From Octopus vulgaris (lineage: Eukaryota), in NCBI GenBank assembly GCA_951406725.2, contig OX597823.1:19716001-19780000 (forward strand): a DNA stretch of 64,000 nucleotides, in the 5' to 3' direction. The translations under genes were made by a program, and so were the position numbers. How positions within the stretch are numbered: the first letter of the stretch is position 1; every line of letters begins with the position of its first letter. The notes under the pieces are model-generated. The model was not told the DNA's origin and did no database searches. It was given only the letters and a program-made list of their open reading frames with translations. Shown one piece after another: positions 36,563-50,804 of the stretch.

Positions 36563-39500
36563 CCTTACCCGAACACTAACCCTAACCCGAACCCTAACAC
36601 AAAACCTAACGCTAACCCAAAACCCAAACCCTAACCCTAACCCTATCCTTAAACCTAACCATAACCCTAACCCTAACCCGAAAACTAAACCTAACCTTAA
36701 ACATAACCCTAACCCTAACCATAATCCGAAATTTACGCGAACCCTAGCCCCAATCTTAAACCTAACCCTAACCCTAACCCTAAACCAAATCCCAACCCCA
36801 ACCCTAACCCTAACCATAACCCTAACCCTAACCCCAACCTTCACCCTAACCCTAAACCTAGCCCTATCCCTAACCCTAACCCTTACCCTAACCCTAACAC
36901 TAAACCTAACACTGACCCTAACACTAACCCTAACCCTAAGCCTAACACTAATCCTAGCCCTAATTGTAACCATAAACCTAACCCTAACTCTAACCCTAAC
37001 CCTAACTCTAACTCTAACCCTAAACCTAACCCTAGCCCAATCCCTAACCCTAACCCTAACCCTAGCCCTAGCCCTAACCCTAACACTAACCATAGCCCTA
37101 ACCCTAGCCCTAAACCTAACCCTAACACTAACACTAAACTTAATCCTAACCCTAACTCTAACCCTAACTCTAAACCTAACCCTAACCCTAACGCTAACTA
37201 TAGCCCTAAACCTAAACCTAACCCAAAATCTAGCCCTAACCCTAACCCTTACCCTAAACGTAACCCTAACCCTAACTCTAACGCTAACACTAACCCAAAT
37301 ACTAACATGAAACCTAACCCTAAACTTAACGTTAACCCAAACCATAAACTTAGCGCTAACCCTAACCTAGTCCTAAACCTAACCCTAACCCTAGCCCTAA
37401 CCCTGACCCAGCACTAACCCTAACCCTAAACCTAACCGTAAACCTAACCGTAACCCTAAACCTAACCCTAACACTAACCCTAACCCTAACCCTAACCCTA
37501 ACCCTAGCCCTAACCCTAGCCCTAACCCTAACCCTAACCCTAACCCTAACCCTAACCCTAAACCTAACCCTAACCCTAGCCCTAACCCTAACACTAACCC
37601 TAACCCCAACCCGAAAACTAACCGTAACGTAAACCTAACCTTAACCCAAACCCTTACCCTAACCCCAACACTATCCCTAATCCTAACACTAACCCTAACA
37701 CAAACACTTACCCTAACCCTAACACTAACCCTAGCCCACACCGAAACCCTAACCCTAAAACTAAACCGAGGCCAAAAACTAACCCTAACCCTAACCCTAG
37801 CTGTATCCCTAACCCTAACCCTAAACCTAACCCTAACTCTAGTCCTAAACATAACCCTAACTTCAACCCTAACACTAACCCTAACCCTAACACTAACCCT
37901 AACCCTAACCCTAACCCTATCCCAAACCCTAGGCTTAGCTCTAACCCTAACCCTAATTCGAACCCTAAACCTAATTCTAACCCTAACCATACCATAACCA
38001 TAAATCTAAAACTAACCCTAACCCTAACCAAGCCCTAACCCAGACCCTAACCCTAAACCTAATAGCAACACTAACCATACCTTAACCATAAACCTAAAAC
38101 TAACCCTAACCCTAACCCTAACCCTAACACTTACCATAACCCTAACCGTAACCGTAACCCTTGCCGCAACCCTAACTCTTACCCTAACCCTAACCCTAAT
38201 CCTATTCTAACCCTAGACCTAGACCTAACCCTAACCCTAACCATAACCCTAACACTAAGCCGAACACTAATCCTAGCCCTAACTGTAACCCTAGTTCTAA
38301 ACCTAGCCCAAACCCTAATAGCTAACCCTAACCCGAACCCTAAACATAGCCCTAGACCGAACCCTAACACTAACCATAACCCTAAACCTAACACTAACCC
38401 TAACCCTAAACCTCAAACTAACCCTAACCCTAACCATAACCCTAACTCTAACCCAAACCCCAACCCTAGCACTACCCCTAACACTAACCCAACCCTAACC
38501 CTCACCATAACTCTAACCCTATCCCTAACCCTAGCCCAAACCCCTACCCTAACTCTAACCCTAAACCTAGCCTTAGACCTAACCCTAACCCCCACCCTAA
38601 CCCTAAACCTAACACTAACTCTAACCCTAACTCTAACTCTAACCCTAACCCTAAACCTTGTCTTAGACCTAACCCTAATCCTAACTCTAACCCTGACCCT
38701 AACCCTAACCCTAACCCTAACCCTAACCCTAGCCCTAACCCTAACCCTAATCCTAACCCCAACTCTAACACTAATCCTAACCCTAACCCTAACCCTAACC
38801 TTAGCCCTAACCCTAACCCTAACCCTAACCCCAACACTAACACAAACACTTACCCTAACCCTATCCCTAACCCTAGCCCTAACCCTAGCCCTAACCCTAA
38901 TCCTAACCCAAGCCCTAACACTAACCCTAAACCTCTACCCTAACCCTAACCCTAACCCTAACCCTAATACTAACCCTAACCGCAACCCTAACCCTAACCA
39001 TAACCCTAACCCTAACGCTATCCCTAACCCTCTTCCTAACCCTAGCCCTAACCCTAGCCCTAACCCTAACCCTAGCCCTAACACTAACCCTAAACCTCTA
39101 CCCTAACCCTAACCCTAATCCTAACCCTAACCGCAACCCTAACCCTAACCCTAACCCTAACCCTAACGCTATCCCTAACCCTCTTCCTAACCCCAGCCCT
39201 AACCCTAACCCTAGCCCTAACACTAACCCTAAACCTCTACCCTAACCCTAACCCTAACCCTAACCCTAACCCTAAACCGAGCCCTAACCCTAACCCTAAC
39301 CCTAACCCTAACCCTAGCCCTAACCCTAACCCTAACCCTAAACCTAACCCTAACCTATTCCTAACGCTAACCCTAACCCTAACCCTAATCCTAAACCTAA
39401 CCCTAACCCTTGGCCTAACCCTATCCCTAACCCTAACCCTAACCCTATTCCTAACCCTAACACTAACCCTAACCCTAACCAGAACCCTCACCCGAACCCT

Positions 39501-39568
39501 AGACCTAACCTTATCCCTAGCCCTAACCCTAACCTTAACCCTAACCCTAACCCTAACCCTAACCCTAA
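36563..39568 (+). repeat. Degenerate telomeric (CCCTAA)n array of about 3 kb
   Basis: CCCTAA units interspersed with CCCTAG, CACTAA, ACCTAA, CTCTAA and CCATAA variants. Confidence 0.95.
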
Positions 39569-39771
39569 CACATATTAACACAGCTGGATACATATACATG
39601 CAAGAGCACATAGAAGCACACGCATCTGTACAGTTGTTTTTTTGTGTGTGTTTAATATATCGTAGGCGTTAGTACACAACATAGACATGTTTCTCGCTTG
39701 TATGAATTTCTTTCAGAAACTCGGTTACCTGTATTGAGTTTGTTTTCTGTTATAAGCTAAACGTAAGTGTG

Positions 39772-39774
<3 letters not shown>

Positions 39775-39837
<63 letters not shown>

Positions 39838-40440
39838 TTCAGACACACACGCGCGCACACACAGAGATACATACTCGCACTCACACATACAGACACAGGC
39901 ACAGACACACACACGGACACACATACATACACACAGACAAACACACACACAGATACACACATACACAAGACACACACACGTGCACACGCACACACACATA
40001 CACACACACGCGTACACACACGCGGGCACACACAGTGACACATACACAGACACAGGCATACATACACATGGACACACATACATACACACAGGCACACACA
40101 CGCAGATACACACATACACAAGACACATACGCGCACACACACACACACGCACACAGACACACACGCACGCACACACACAGACAAACATGTGCACAAACAC
40201 ACACAGACACACACACAGACGCGCACACATACACAGACACATACACAGACCCACACACACCCGCGCGCGCGTGCACTCACACACACACATAAACACACAC
40301 ACAGACACACAGACATAGACACACAGACATAGACACACAGACATAGACACACAGACATAGACACACAGACTCACACACACAGACACACAGACACACAGAC
40401 AAACACACACACACTCGCGCACGCGCGCGTACATACTCAC
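39775..40440. repeat. Degenerate (CA)n tract
   Basis: Direct repeats. Confidence 0.9.
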
Positions 40441-41747
40441 AAGCACATGTGTACCTGCGGACGCACGCACGCATATACTGAGAGCGGCTTTATCTGTAGA
40501 CTCGTTACAATTAATCATTTTTGTGAACCTTCTTTCTGTCTGTTCATACACGCTTGCACACGAGTTCCTTGCAACGTGTTTGGAATAGGAACGTTCCAAA
40601 CTCCATCATCAGTTTTTTTCTAAACCTCCTTAGTGTCATCACTTGAATTGAAATGATAACATGTTTGCTACTTCATAAGTAGGCAAGACCAGTGTGATTG
40701 CTACAGATATTTCATCGGTGTCTGAATTTTCATCCGTAAGATCCGTCCATCATTAATCAGTCAGATCTTTATTTCTGCTCGCGATTTGTATATATTGTGT
40801 TTATGTTAGCCTTGAGTTGTGTTATATGAGTAATGCTTTCATCGTTTAATCGCTTATTTTTGTGAGGAATTCTGTGGTGTATACATGTGTTGCTTGCAAA
40901 TGTTTTCCTGTCTGGTTTGTTTTGTGAGGTGTGATTGCAGTGTATCAACACACTATAGACGTTGCCATTCCTTCAGACGTAAAACATTTAAAAAGTGTAG
41001 GAAAGATCTTGATGTATGTTGAATTAAAAATAGAGATAGCAAAAATGTGTGGCGGATGTCCAGCATTAAAAGTTTAAATCATCAGAAGGACATTAAACAT
41101 AATTAAACAACAATGACCGATATGTGAAGGCTCCAAAAGTCTCCTTCCTCGAAACAGCTCATATTCTTAAAAAGGTATTTTCTGTCTAAAGCTTATTGTA
41201 AAAGCTCGACAAATTAATTTGAAGTACAAAATCCCCAGCTAAAACCAGTTTATTATAACCATACTCTCTCTTTTTACTCTATTACTCTTTTACTTGTTTC
41301 AGTCATTTGACTGCGGCCATGCTGGAGCACCACCTTTAGTCGAGCAAAGTCGACCCCGGGACTTATTCTTTGTAAGCCCAGGACTTATTCTATCGATCTC
41401 TTTTTGCCGGACCGCTAAGTGACGGTGACGTAAACACACCAGCATCGATTGTCAAGCGATGGTGGGGGGGGGGGGACAAACACAGACACACAAACATATA
41501 CACACACATGCATATATATATATATATATTCATATATACGGCAGGCTTCTTTCAGTTTCCGTCTAACAAATCAACTCACAAGGCATTGGTCGGCCCGAGG
41601 CTATAGCAGAAGACACTTGCCCAAGATGCCACGCAGTGGGACTGAACCCGGAACCATGTGGTTGATAAGCAAGCTACTTACCACACAGCCACTCCTGCGC
41701 GTATGCAAAATTAACAACAACAACAACAACAACAGCTGCTGCTGCTG

Positions 41748-41787
<40 letters not shown>

Positions 41788-41807
41788 AATTTTGGTGGAA
41801 GCTGACT

Positions 41808-42395
41808 AGTCGATTATATCGACCCCAGTGTTTCACTGGTACTTACTTTGTCGATCCCGAAAGGATGAAAGATAAAGTCGACCTCGGCGGAATTTAATCT
41901 CAGAACGTAAAAGACGCACAAAATACCTATTTCTTTATTGCCCACAGGGGGCTAAAAATAGAGGGGACAAACAAGGACAGACATAGGTATTAAGTCGATT
42001 ACATCGACCCCAGTGCGTAACTGGTACTTAATTTATCGACCCCGAAAGGATGAAAGGCAAAGTCGACCTCGGCGGAATTTGAACTCACAACGTAACGCAG
42101 ACGAAATACCGCTAAGCATTTCGCCCGGCGTGCTAACGTTTCTGCCAGCTTGCCGCACAAAATACCTATTTCTTTATTACCCACAAGGGGCTAAACACAG
42201 AGGGGACAAACAAGGACAGACATAGGTATTAAGTCGATTACATCGACCCCAGTGCGTAACTGGTACTTGATTTATCGACCCCGAAAGGATGAAAGGCAAA
42301 GTCGACCTCGGCGGAATTCGAACTCACAACGTAACGCAGACGAAATACCGCTAAGCATTTCGCCCGGCGTGCTAAAGATTCTACCAGCTCGAGCT
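41808..42395 (-). mobile_element. SINE A tandem cluster
   Basis: Three family A bodies. Confidence 0.85.
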
Positions 42396-42399
42396 GCTG

Positions 42400-42470
<71 letters not shown>

Positions 42471-42474
42471 AATG

Positions 42475-42542
<68 letters not shown>

Positions 42543-43206
42543 TCGTTCGTTGTTTGGCCACAAGGGCTAACAAAAATCAATTAAAACATAAAGGAACAAA
42601 ACACAGGACCAAAGTTACAAAGAGTTTTGTCCGTTTGAAAAAGTCTGTGTACAAAAACAGGATGACAATGAAAAATGAGTAACAATTAAAACTCCCAATA
42701 GGGGGAGGCGCTTTGAAAGGTTACTCGTGGAAAAACCCATAAAAGCCACGGGAGCCTGGTCAAAAGTGGGGTAGAGAGCCCCTTTCTCTTTTTATATTTC
42801 CTTTTAATTCTCACAGGTGTATCCTCAGAATTGTTCCATTCATACTGGCCATTCTTGCGACATTCACCCAGCTTTCAATAAACTTGCTACCAGATATCAC
42901 TTCCCTCTTTACTCTCATCTTCCTTTTCAGGTGAAAATTGAAAAAGTTGATGAGGCCTTGGCCAAAGAGGAAAGTGTCTGACCATAGCCCTTTCAAACGG
43001 GTCCACCATATCACCTCTTTCACTACAGCCACTAGGCAAAGGAAAACTGCCTTGTCCTCCCGGTTAAAGGAGGTCGGCTGGGCAATCTTCACTATGGATT
43101 CAGCTGATAGCCGGATCCGTCCTATACGCGACAGTAGCTGTTTGACATAAACCCATAGTTCAGCAATACTCGGGCACTGGACGAGTGCGTGCAGAACGGT
43201 TTCGTC
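42543..43206 (-). mobile_element. Tx1/L1-clade LINE 3' fragment (ORF2 C-terminus 43206-42811 plus 3' UTR) in (AAT)n
   Basis: DETVLHALVQCPSIAELW (zf-RVT-like) ... KEVIWWTR; (AAT)n on both sides. Confidence 0.8.
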
Positions 43207-43244
43207 TAATGATAATAATCATAATAATAATAATAATAATAATG

Positions 43245-43316
<72 letters not shown>

Positions 43317-43719
43317 GAATAGAAAGCCGGACATAGTCTTAATTGAGAAATAAAACAAGCTATGCTGGATCATAGACATAGAATGCCTAGCTAACAACAA
43401 GGTATGCGATAAGGAAGAAAGTAAAGTCGAGAGATATGACAGGTTAGCTTGGGATGTTAAGCAGTTGTGGTCGATGAAAAAGGTAGCAGTAGTACCAATA
43501 ATTATCGGAGACCTGTGAACAGTGAGCAAAAATCTCGAGAAGTACGTGGAGCAAATAAGGGCTGCAATAAGGGTGGAGCACTTGCAGAAAACAGTACTGC
43601 TCGGAACCGCTCGAATACTTCGGAAGGTGCTCGAAAAGTAACAAGTGTCACCTTTGTTCCCTTGTAGCGAACAAGCTGACACTGTGGTACATCTCCAGCG
43701 TAAGAAGCTGTGCAAAGGC

Positions 43720-43720
<1 letters not shown>
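43317..43720 (+). pseudogene. R4/Dong-clade restriction-like endonuclease 3' fragment
   Basis: RKPDIV..CWIIDI..KVERY..VVPIIIG..LQKTVLLGTARILRKVL with internal stops; (AAT)n flanks. Confidence 0.85.
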
Positions 43721-43775
<55 letters not shown>

Positions 43776-43819
43776 GAAGAAGAAGAAGAAGAAGAACAAC
43801 AACAACAACAACAACGACT

Positions 43820-44488
43820 ATGAAGAAAAAGAAGAAACAGCAAAAGCTGTAAAACAAATGAAATCCAAACTAAAACTAGAACAACAACGAATCATGATAA
43901 AATGATGGCAAGAAAAGCCATATACTCACAGACACGACAGAGTTAGGACCTACATGCACTGGAAGCTATGCCAACACTATGGAATAACAACAGAAAAAAA
44001 GTTGGTATAGGCACACGCCAGAAAAGGTCACAGAAAACGAGAAAGCAACCATACTCTGGGATATGACAATACATACAGAGAAATTAAGGCCAGCAGACCA
44101 GATATAGTTGTCAGAGATCATGAAGAAAAAATTGCTTTCTAATTGATGTATCAATACCAGCAGATGACAACGTGTCTCTAAAAGAAATGGAGAAACTTTC
44201 AAAATACAAAGACCGGGAAATAGAGGTAAGTCGACCGTGGAGTCTAAAAACAGAAACAATTCCTTTCATAGTGGGCGCATTAGGTATGATAAAAAATATT
44301 CAGACAAATACATAACGAAAACACCAGGACTTACAAATATATATACAACATACAAAAAATAGTACTTCTAGGCACCGCGCACATCCTACGTAAAACACTT
44401 TCAATACAGTGAAAATAAGAGCACATAGCCAAGGCACACAGAGTTGCGCTCGGTAGTGCAGTGAAAACAAGTTATGAAAATAAGACTA

Positions 44489-44490
<2 letters not shown>
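43820..44490 (+). pseudogene. Second R4/Dong-clade 3' fragment
   Basis: RHDRV..HWKLC, ILWD, RPDIVV, LIDVSIP, KLSKYKD, LLGTAHILRKTL with frameshifts; ends in (AAT)n. Confidence 0.85.
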
Positions 44491-44567
<77 letters not shown>

Positions 44568-44971
44568 GTTTCTGATGTAGACACAAAGCTAGTAATTTTG
44601 AGGGGAAGGGGTAGTCGATATCATCGATTCCAGTACTTTATTTTATCGAACCTGGGAAGATGAACGGTAAAGTTGGCTTCGGTGGAATTGGATTCAGAAC
44701 GTAAAGATCCAAAAGATAGGTCGCTAAGCATATTTTTCGATGCTCTACTGATTCTGTCATAAATGATTCACTTATCAATCCATAAATATAATAGGAAAAA
44801 GTGTAGACATAGGTGGTACCTCGGCCTGTCGCCACTTCGATGACTGGAATTAGTAAAAGTAGTAAAAAAATGAGGTTTGCAAACGTTTGAGATCGGACAA
44901 TGCAAAAGAAAGGGTAATTTTGGTATAAATTAAAAATATAGAATAAATACGATATTATATGAAATATGTAA

Positions 44972-45351
44972 TCTTTATATATAAAAGTGAGGTTGTGTGC
45001 TGTCTGTCTCCTACGATTTAGATTCCTAACTACTCCCACATTTTGCGGTGCAGTTTAACCAAAACCGGGTATCTTATAGTCGTGATTCATATCAAGCCCT
45101 TCTGGGTATTAGCGCGCGTCTACGATGAGTCTACGATTTAAAAAAAATTTACCATCAATTTTCCCATTTTTAATGCATTTTTGGCATATATAAGGGAAGT
45201 AACTCTCTTAAGATTTATTAAATCTCAGAACGTAAAAAGCTATGGCTTTGTGGTTAGCCATATTGAGATGGCTATTATACTTTACATCTCTAAAAATGCT
45301 TATATAGTTATTTCCCTTACAAACCCGAGCAACGCCGGGCGATACTGCTAG
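44972..45351 (+). mobile_element. Non-autonomous Helitron, third copy
   Basis: TC...CCCGAGCAACGCCGGG..CTAG. Confidence 0.85.
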
Positions 45352-45609
45352 TTTTGGTATAAATTAAAAATATAGAATAAATACGATATTATATGAAATA
45401 TGTAATAATTAATACGAGATTAAACTTAAAAGAAAAAAACTTGGAACAAATAAGATAACCCACCTACTCACGAATGAGACACCTTCCTCTCGGTCGGACC
45501 AGAGCTTTCTACATCTCTGGTCTTCTTCCTTTGCTTTCCCCTTTATTGTCTCGTAGTCTACATTATCGCTGGTTCCCAAAATGCCCGTGAGAAACTTTGG
45601 CGTCAAGGT

Positions 45610-45700
<91 letters not shown>

Positions 45701-47369
45701 AAACATCCTGCCTTTCGCAGGCTCCAAGTAATCAGAGTCCCTCTCGTCATAAATCTGTACAAATTTTGTTTCGAGATGGTCTTATGGACCCTTTATTTCT
45801 TTCATCAAATCTTCGTTGTTTTGCAGAAAATTGTGAGATTCGGTGCAGCATCTTCACTTTTTGCCTTCCTTTGGTGTGTGCTTGTTTTTTGTAGGGGGTT
45901 CCTCATAATTTTCCTGCCTTTCCCGCTGTTTGCCGACCCGACTCGCTTTCTATTTCTTCATTGATACAAAGTTGATAATATGCACTGGATTCAAGATTCA
46001 AGATTAGGACCTTGAATCGGGCATTCGTCGACTGCTGATCGGTTTTGGAACCAAAGATAGGTTCGTAGCTGCACTTAATGTTACCCTAGGAACAGCAACT
46101 TCAGCAACCTACTCCTTCTGTTTATCGTTTAATATGTCCAGATCTTCTAGAGAGAAATCTCTTAACTGTCGTCTATTACCGTAAGTGTAGCAATTGGTCT
46201 TTCTGCTCAGAATGATCAGTCAGAAAGCTATTTTTTCAGTTGCTGATATCTTAGAACCACCGTCGGACTTATGCTGGAACCACCGTTTGGAGAAAATGTT
46301 AAACACCAAACAACTAAAAATGATTGGAATATTGTATCAATTCTCACTAGGCGGCTCCTTTAGATGCTAGTCGCTCGCATCATTGTTAATATAACACACC
46401 AAGTGAAATCTCTTATCTGAATTTTAAGTTTGGCAGACTTATGAATGCAATATCATTGTTAAAAAAAACAACTTGTTTAACGAGATACGATTATTTTTAT
46501 ATTAATTTCTCAAAGGAGGAAGTAATGAATGTACACGTGACCTTAACAGGCATTGCTCACAGGCATTGTTCCCAGTCTATGTGAAATTATGGTTCATGCG
46601 TACCCTTTCTAAATACCTACAGATCATTATTAACAGCAAACGTGTAGATGAGAAGAGACTCGGAATTATGGTCCAAATATTTGAAACAAGACTTATTCAC
46701 TAAACTGAAAGTTCTCATGAACTAGACGGCGATATCAAAACTGAACGGAATGTTAAATTTCACACAAAATTTCGGCCTAAATCTTTATTTACTTCTACAA
46801 CCCAAGTTAGACCCAACCACTGAAGTTAGATCCATTCATTAAATTAGGTCCACTGTCCAAGTCAAACCCAATCCCCTAGATTAGGCTATTCTCCCAAACT
46901 AAAACTTACCCCTTTATTCAGGTATACTATTCAAATTCAGCTTAGTACGGTTAGTAATGGCCAATGTTTGGTTAAAGCTTATTCCGTTCAATCGATCTCG
47001 CCCTAATCAACATAAACTCCCCCAACCGTTCTTTTGCACAAATGTTTCGCGCTGAAGCTCCTTGTCTCTCTACATTTACACATTTCTACCAAACAAGTGA
47101 CTTTCAACAGTTCAAACTAAGCAGCAAACGTACTAACTTCTCTTGACTCCTGCTATCTCTGTGTCCTGCCGTGGGCTTGGGTTCGCTTCCTCATATGGCA
47201 TTATGCAGCGAATGTTACATATTTTCGGCAGTTACGAATAGTATAATGTTTAATGATTCTCTATATTTCAGAGAGGGAGCCTGGGGAAGGTCAGAGTGTG
47301 GAGGAGGGTTAAAGAGGAGACAAAGAGATAAAGAGAAACAAAGTAAAATAGTCATTGACACGCATGATG

Positions 47370-47779
47370 GCAGAGAGAGGGAGTGGGAGAGAGAGTAGGA
47401 GAGGGTGAGAGAGAGTAGGCGAAGACGAGAGAGAGAGAGAGAGCGAGAGTAGGCGAGAACGAGAGAGAGAGAGTGGGAGAGAGAGAGTAGGAAAGGGTGA
47501 GAGAGAGTGTGTATGCAAGGACGAGAGAGAGAGAGAGTAGGAGAGGGTGAGAGAGTGCAGGAGAGAGAGACTAGGAGAGGGTGAGAGAGAGTAGGAGAGG
47601 ACGAGAGAAAGAGAGAGAGAGAGTAGGAGAGGACGAGAGAGTGTAGGAGAGAGAGAGAGATAGAAACAGACAGAGGTACATATTCAGGCACACACTCATT
47701 CACATACACTCATACATACATTCTTACACTAATAAGCATTCTCACAAACAGTTACGCACATACTGAGTATGTGTATGTA

Positions 47780-47878
<99 letters not shown>

Positions 47879-47900
47879 GGGAGAGAGAGAGCGCGAGAGA
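47370..47900. repeat. (GA)n-rich polypurine tracts
   Basis: Direct repeats. Confidence 0.88.
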
Positions 47901-48099
47901 GAAAAGATCAGGTCAATTCTACTGATTAATTCCATTTTTCCTGTTGATAGATCATATCAAGTTCTAAGAAGGGCTCGACATGGGCGTTGCTTTAGAGGAA
48001 ACGGAAAGATCTGAGAATAAGTTGAGTAGCTCTGAAAGAGCAACAACAACAACAGCAACGATAATAATGATGATGATGATGATAATAATAATAATAAGA

Positions 48100-48139
<40 letters not shown>

Positions 48140-48156
48140 GAGTAATAATAATAATA

Positions 48157-48582
48157 ATTAAACATTCAGTGATGAAGGAAAAGATCAGAAGAGAATGTTA
48201 TCGTAGGGTAAAGGCAATAGTCGAGACAGAGCTGAATGCAAGAAACAAGATCGAAGCGATCGATATTTTAGCCATACCGGTCATGACTTACAGTTTCAAT
48301 ATTATTAACCGGTCAATTACTGAAATATATAATCTTGACAGAAAAATACGAAAATTGTTGACAATGCAAAGAATGCACCACTCTAAGATAAATATAGAAC
48401 GACTTTACCTGCTAAAAAAAGAGGGTGGCCGTGGACTTCTACAACTGGTATTAACAATGAAGATTGCCGCAATTGGCCTAGACACCTATCTGAACAACTC
48501 TGATGACTGGATGTTAAAACTTGTCTCAAAGCATGAAAACAAGAAAGCATCATACTCAGTAACAAAAGAATACATATTGTAA
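48157..48582 (+). pseudogene. R4/Dong-clade RT thumb-region fragment
   Basis: ELNARNKIEAI..AIPVMTYSF..LDRKIRKLL..RLYL..KEGGRGL; begins at (AAT)n. Confidence 0.85.
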
Positions 48583-48668
48583 ACTGCTGTCTGAGATTAT
48601 CTATGAGACACACGTATGTCTTGACTGAGAAGTCTTCGGTCAAAGGCCTGCTCGATCAGGACAGACTC

Positions 48669-49143
48669 AGGGCGTGTCTAGTTTTTTTTTCATTCGCAAA
48701 ATTATGTATTTTTTTAAAAGACAGTAAAAAATCTGAAAATCGGTTATAATAGTAAAGTTTTCCAGTCTAATTGCTATGAAGGTATGATGTTGTGGAGAAA
48801 AAAATTGGAGGAAAAAGTTACAGAGTTTTAAAAATCGAAGAAAACTGTGTACTTATAGCCAATAGCGAGATAGAAATTTTCTGCGTTTCAACTTTAAGGT
48901 TGTACCATGTGAAATTTATAGTTTAGCGTCTGTGAAATGACCTCTTCATTGTAGGTTTCTAAATAAACAGAAAAACCTAATAAAATCAACTAATATCATC
49001 TCACTGTTTCTTTTGCCTCTTCATTGATGGTAGGATTTTATTATTTTTTAAAAAATTTGTTATATTAATAAATATGTCTGCATGTGTATTTCAGTATTAC
49101 GATTTCCTGTCATGTATTTGTGTACATCATTAATACATAAGTG

Positions 49144-49189
<46 letters not shown>

Positions 49190-50222
49190 TGTGTGTGTGT
49201 GTGTGAAAAGGGGCGTCTGTCTCAAAAACTTTAAAGTTGAGTTACGTTTTCATGCTTGGATTTGTAATCTACGATAAGAATAACACTGGTCAACAAAGAA
49301 TTTGTCCCAAGAAAAAGAATACCCGTTCCTTATATTATATGTTTTTGCATGTAGAATTCAAAAATAATGTCAAATTATCTGTACTAAGTTCACATTTTCC
49401 ATTCACCTTCATAATTCTTTTTTATTCTAAGCACAAGGCCCGAAATTTTGGGGGAGATGGGGCAATCGATTAGATCGATCCCAGTACGCAGCTGGTATTT
49501 AATTTATCGTCCCCGAAAAGATGAAAGGTAAAGTCGACATCAGTGGAATTTGAACTCAGAACGTAGCGGCAGACGAAATACCTATTTCTTTACTACCCGC
49601 AAGGGGGCAAACACAGAGGGGACAAACAAGGACAGACAAACAGATTAAGTCGATTATATCGACCCCAGTGCGTAACTGGTACTTATTTATTTAATCGACT
49701 CCGAAAGGATGAAAGACAAAGTCGACCTCGACGGAATTTGAACTCAGAACGTAGCGGCAGACGAAATACCGCTAAGCATTTCGCCCGGCGTGCTAACGTT
49801 TCTGCCAGCTCGAACATCGCAAACAACTTTTTATAAATATGAAAAATATGTAAAATATTAAGACAATTGACGAAAAATGTCTATAATAAAGTTTTAATTG
49901 ATGAATTAAAATTTTTATTAAAACAAAACGCACGGGTGAAGTAACTCTCGTGGTGTGAAGAATCACACCACGTGTGTAACACAACACAATGAACGGTTGT
50001 CATGGTAACAAGCTGTTAATGCCTCGCTGTCCGTTGATTGGCTAAAATTACCCAAATTTCCCAACTTTAATTCCAAATAACATCAGATCCTTCAATTTAC
50101 GAGACAAAGTAATTAGTTGATCGTAATCAAAATTCAGAGTTGCATTGATACACCAAAACTGAAAGCAATCCGAGCAAAATTAAAGGGGGGTCATTTTGCG
50201 AATGAAAAACACTAGCTCCCTA
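48669..50222. mobile_element. Putative non-autonomous DNA transposon with a nested SINE A pair (49420-49812)
   Basis: CTAGT.TTTTTCATTCGCAAAAT vs ATTTTGCGAATGAAAAACACTAG inverted repeats. Confidence 0.45.
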
Positions 50223-50699
50223 GGGGCTAAATAAAAAATAATAGCCAACTCGAGAAAGACAAGAGAGGAGTTTGCAAGGCGTTCATTGTGAAACATTACC
50301 AGGTGCTGACAAAGCCCAAGTCTGACAGTCATTCCCCGTATTACTCTAATTTCACTGTTTAGTAACGTATCTTGCCTTTACTGCCTCACCAGTTGGCAGG
50401 TGGCCGGTTCAATCTGAAAGCCCTTCTGGGAAACATGGAGAGAGAGAGAGAGAGAGGGAGAGGGAGAGAGAAAGAGAGGAAGAGAGAGAGAGGCATACAC
50501 AAGCAAATGCACATACATGTGTGTTTGTATGCGTATATGTATCACATGCTATATACAAAGATGGCTGATTACACACTCACACACACGCACACACACACAC
50601 ATACACACATACATACACATATATATACGTGACCCTATCCAGTCTTGTTTATACATTTTCTTTCTCCTTTTCTACTCTATATGTGTGTATGTATCTATA

Positions 50700-50734
<35 letters not shown>

Positions 50735-50739
50735 ATGTA

Positions 50740-50804
<65 letters not shown>

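Noticed and set aside
36359-39611. Long VRVR/LGLG/LTLT ORFs
   Set aside because: Translations of telomeric hexamers
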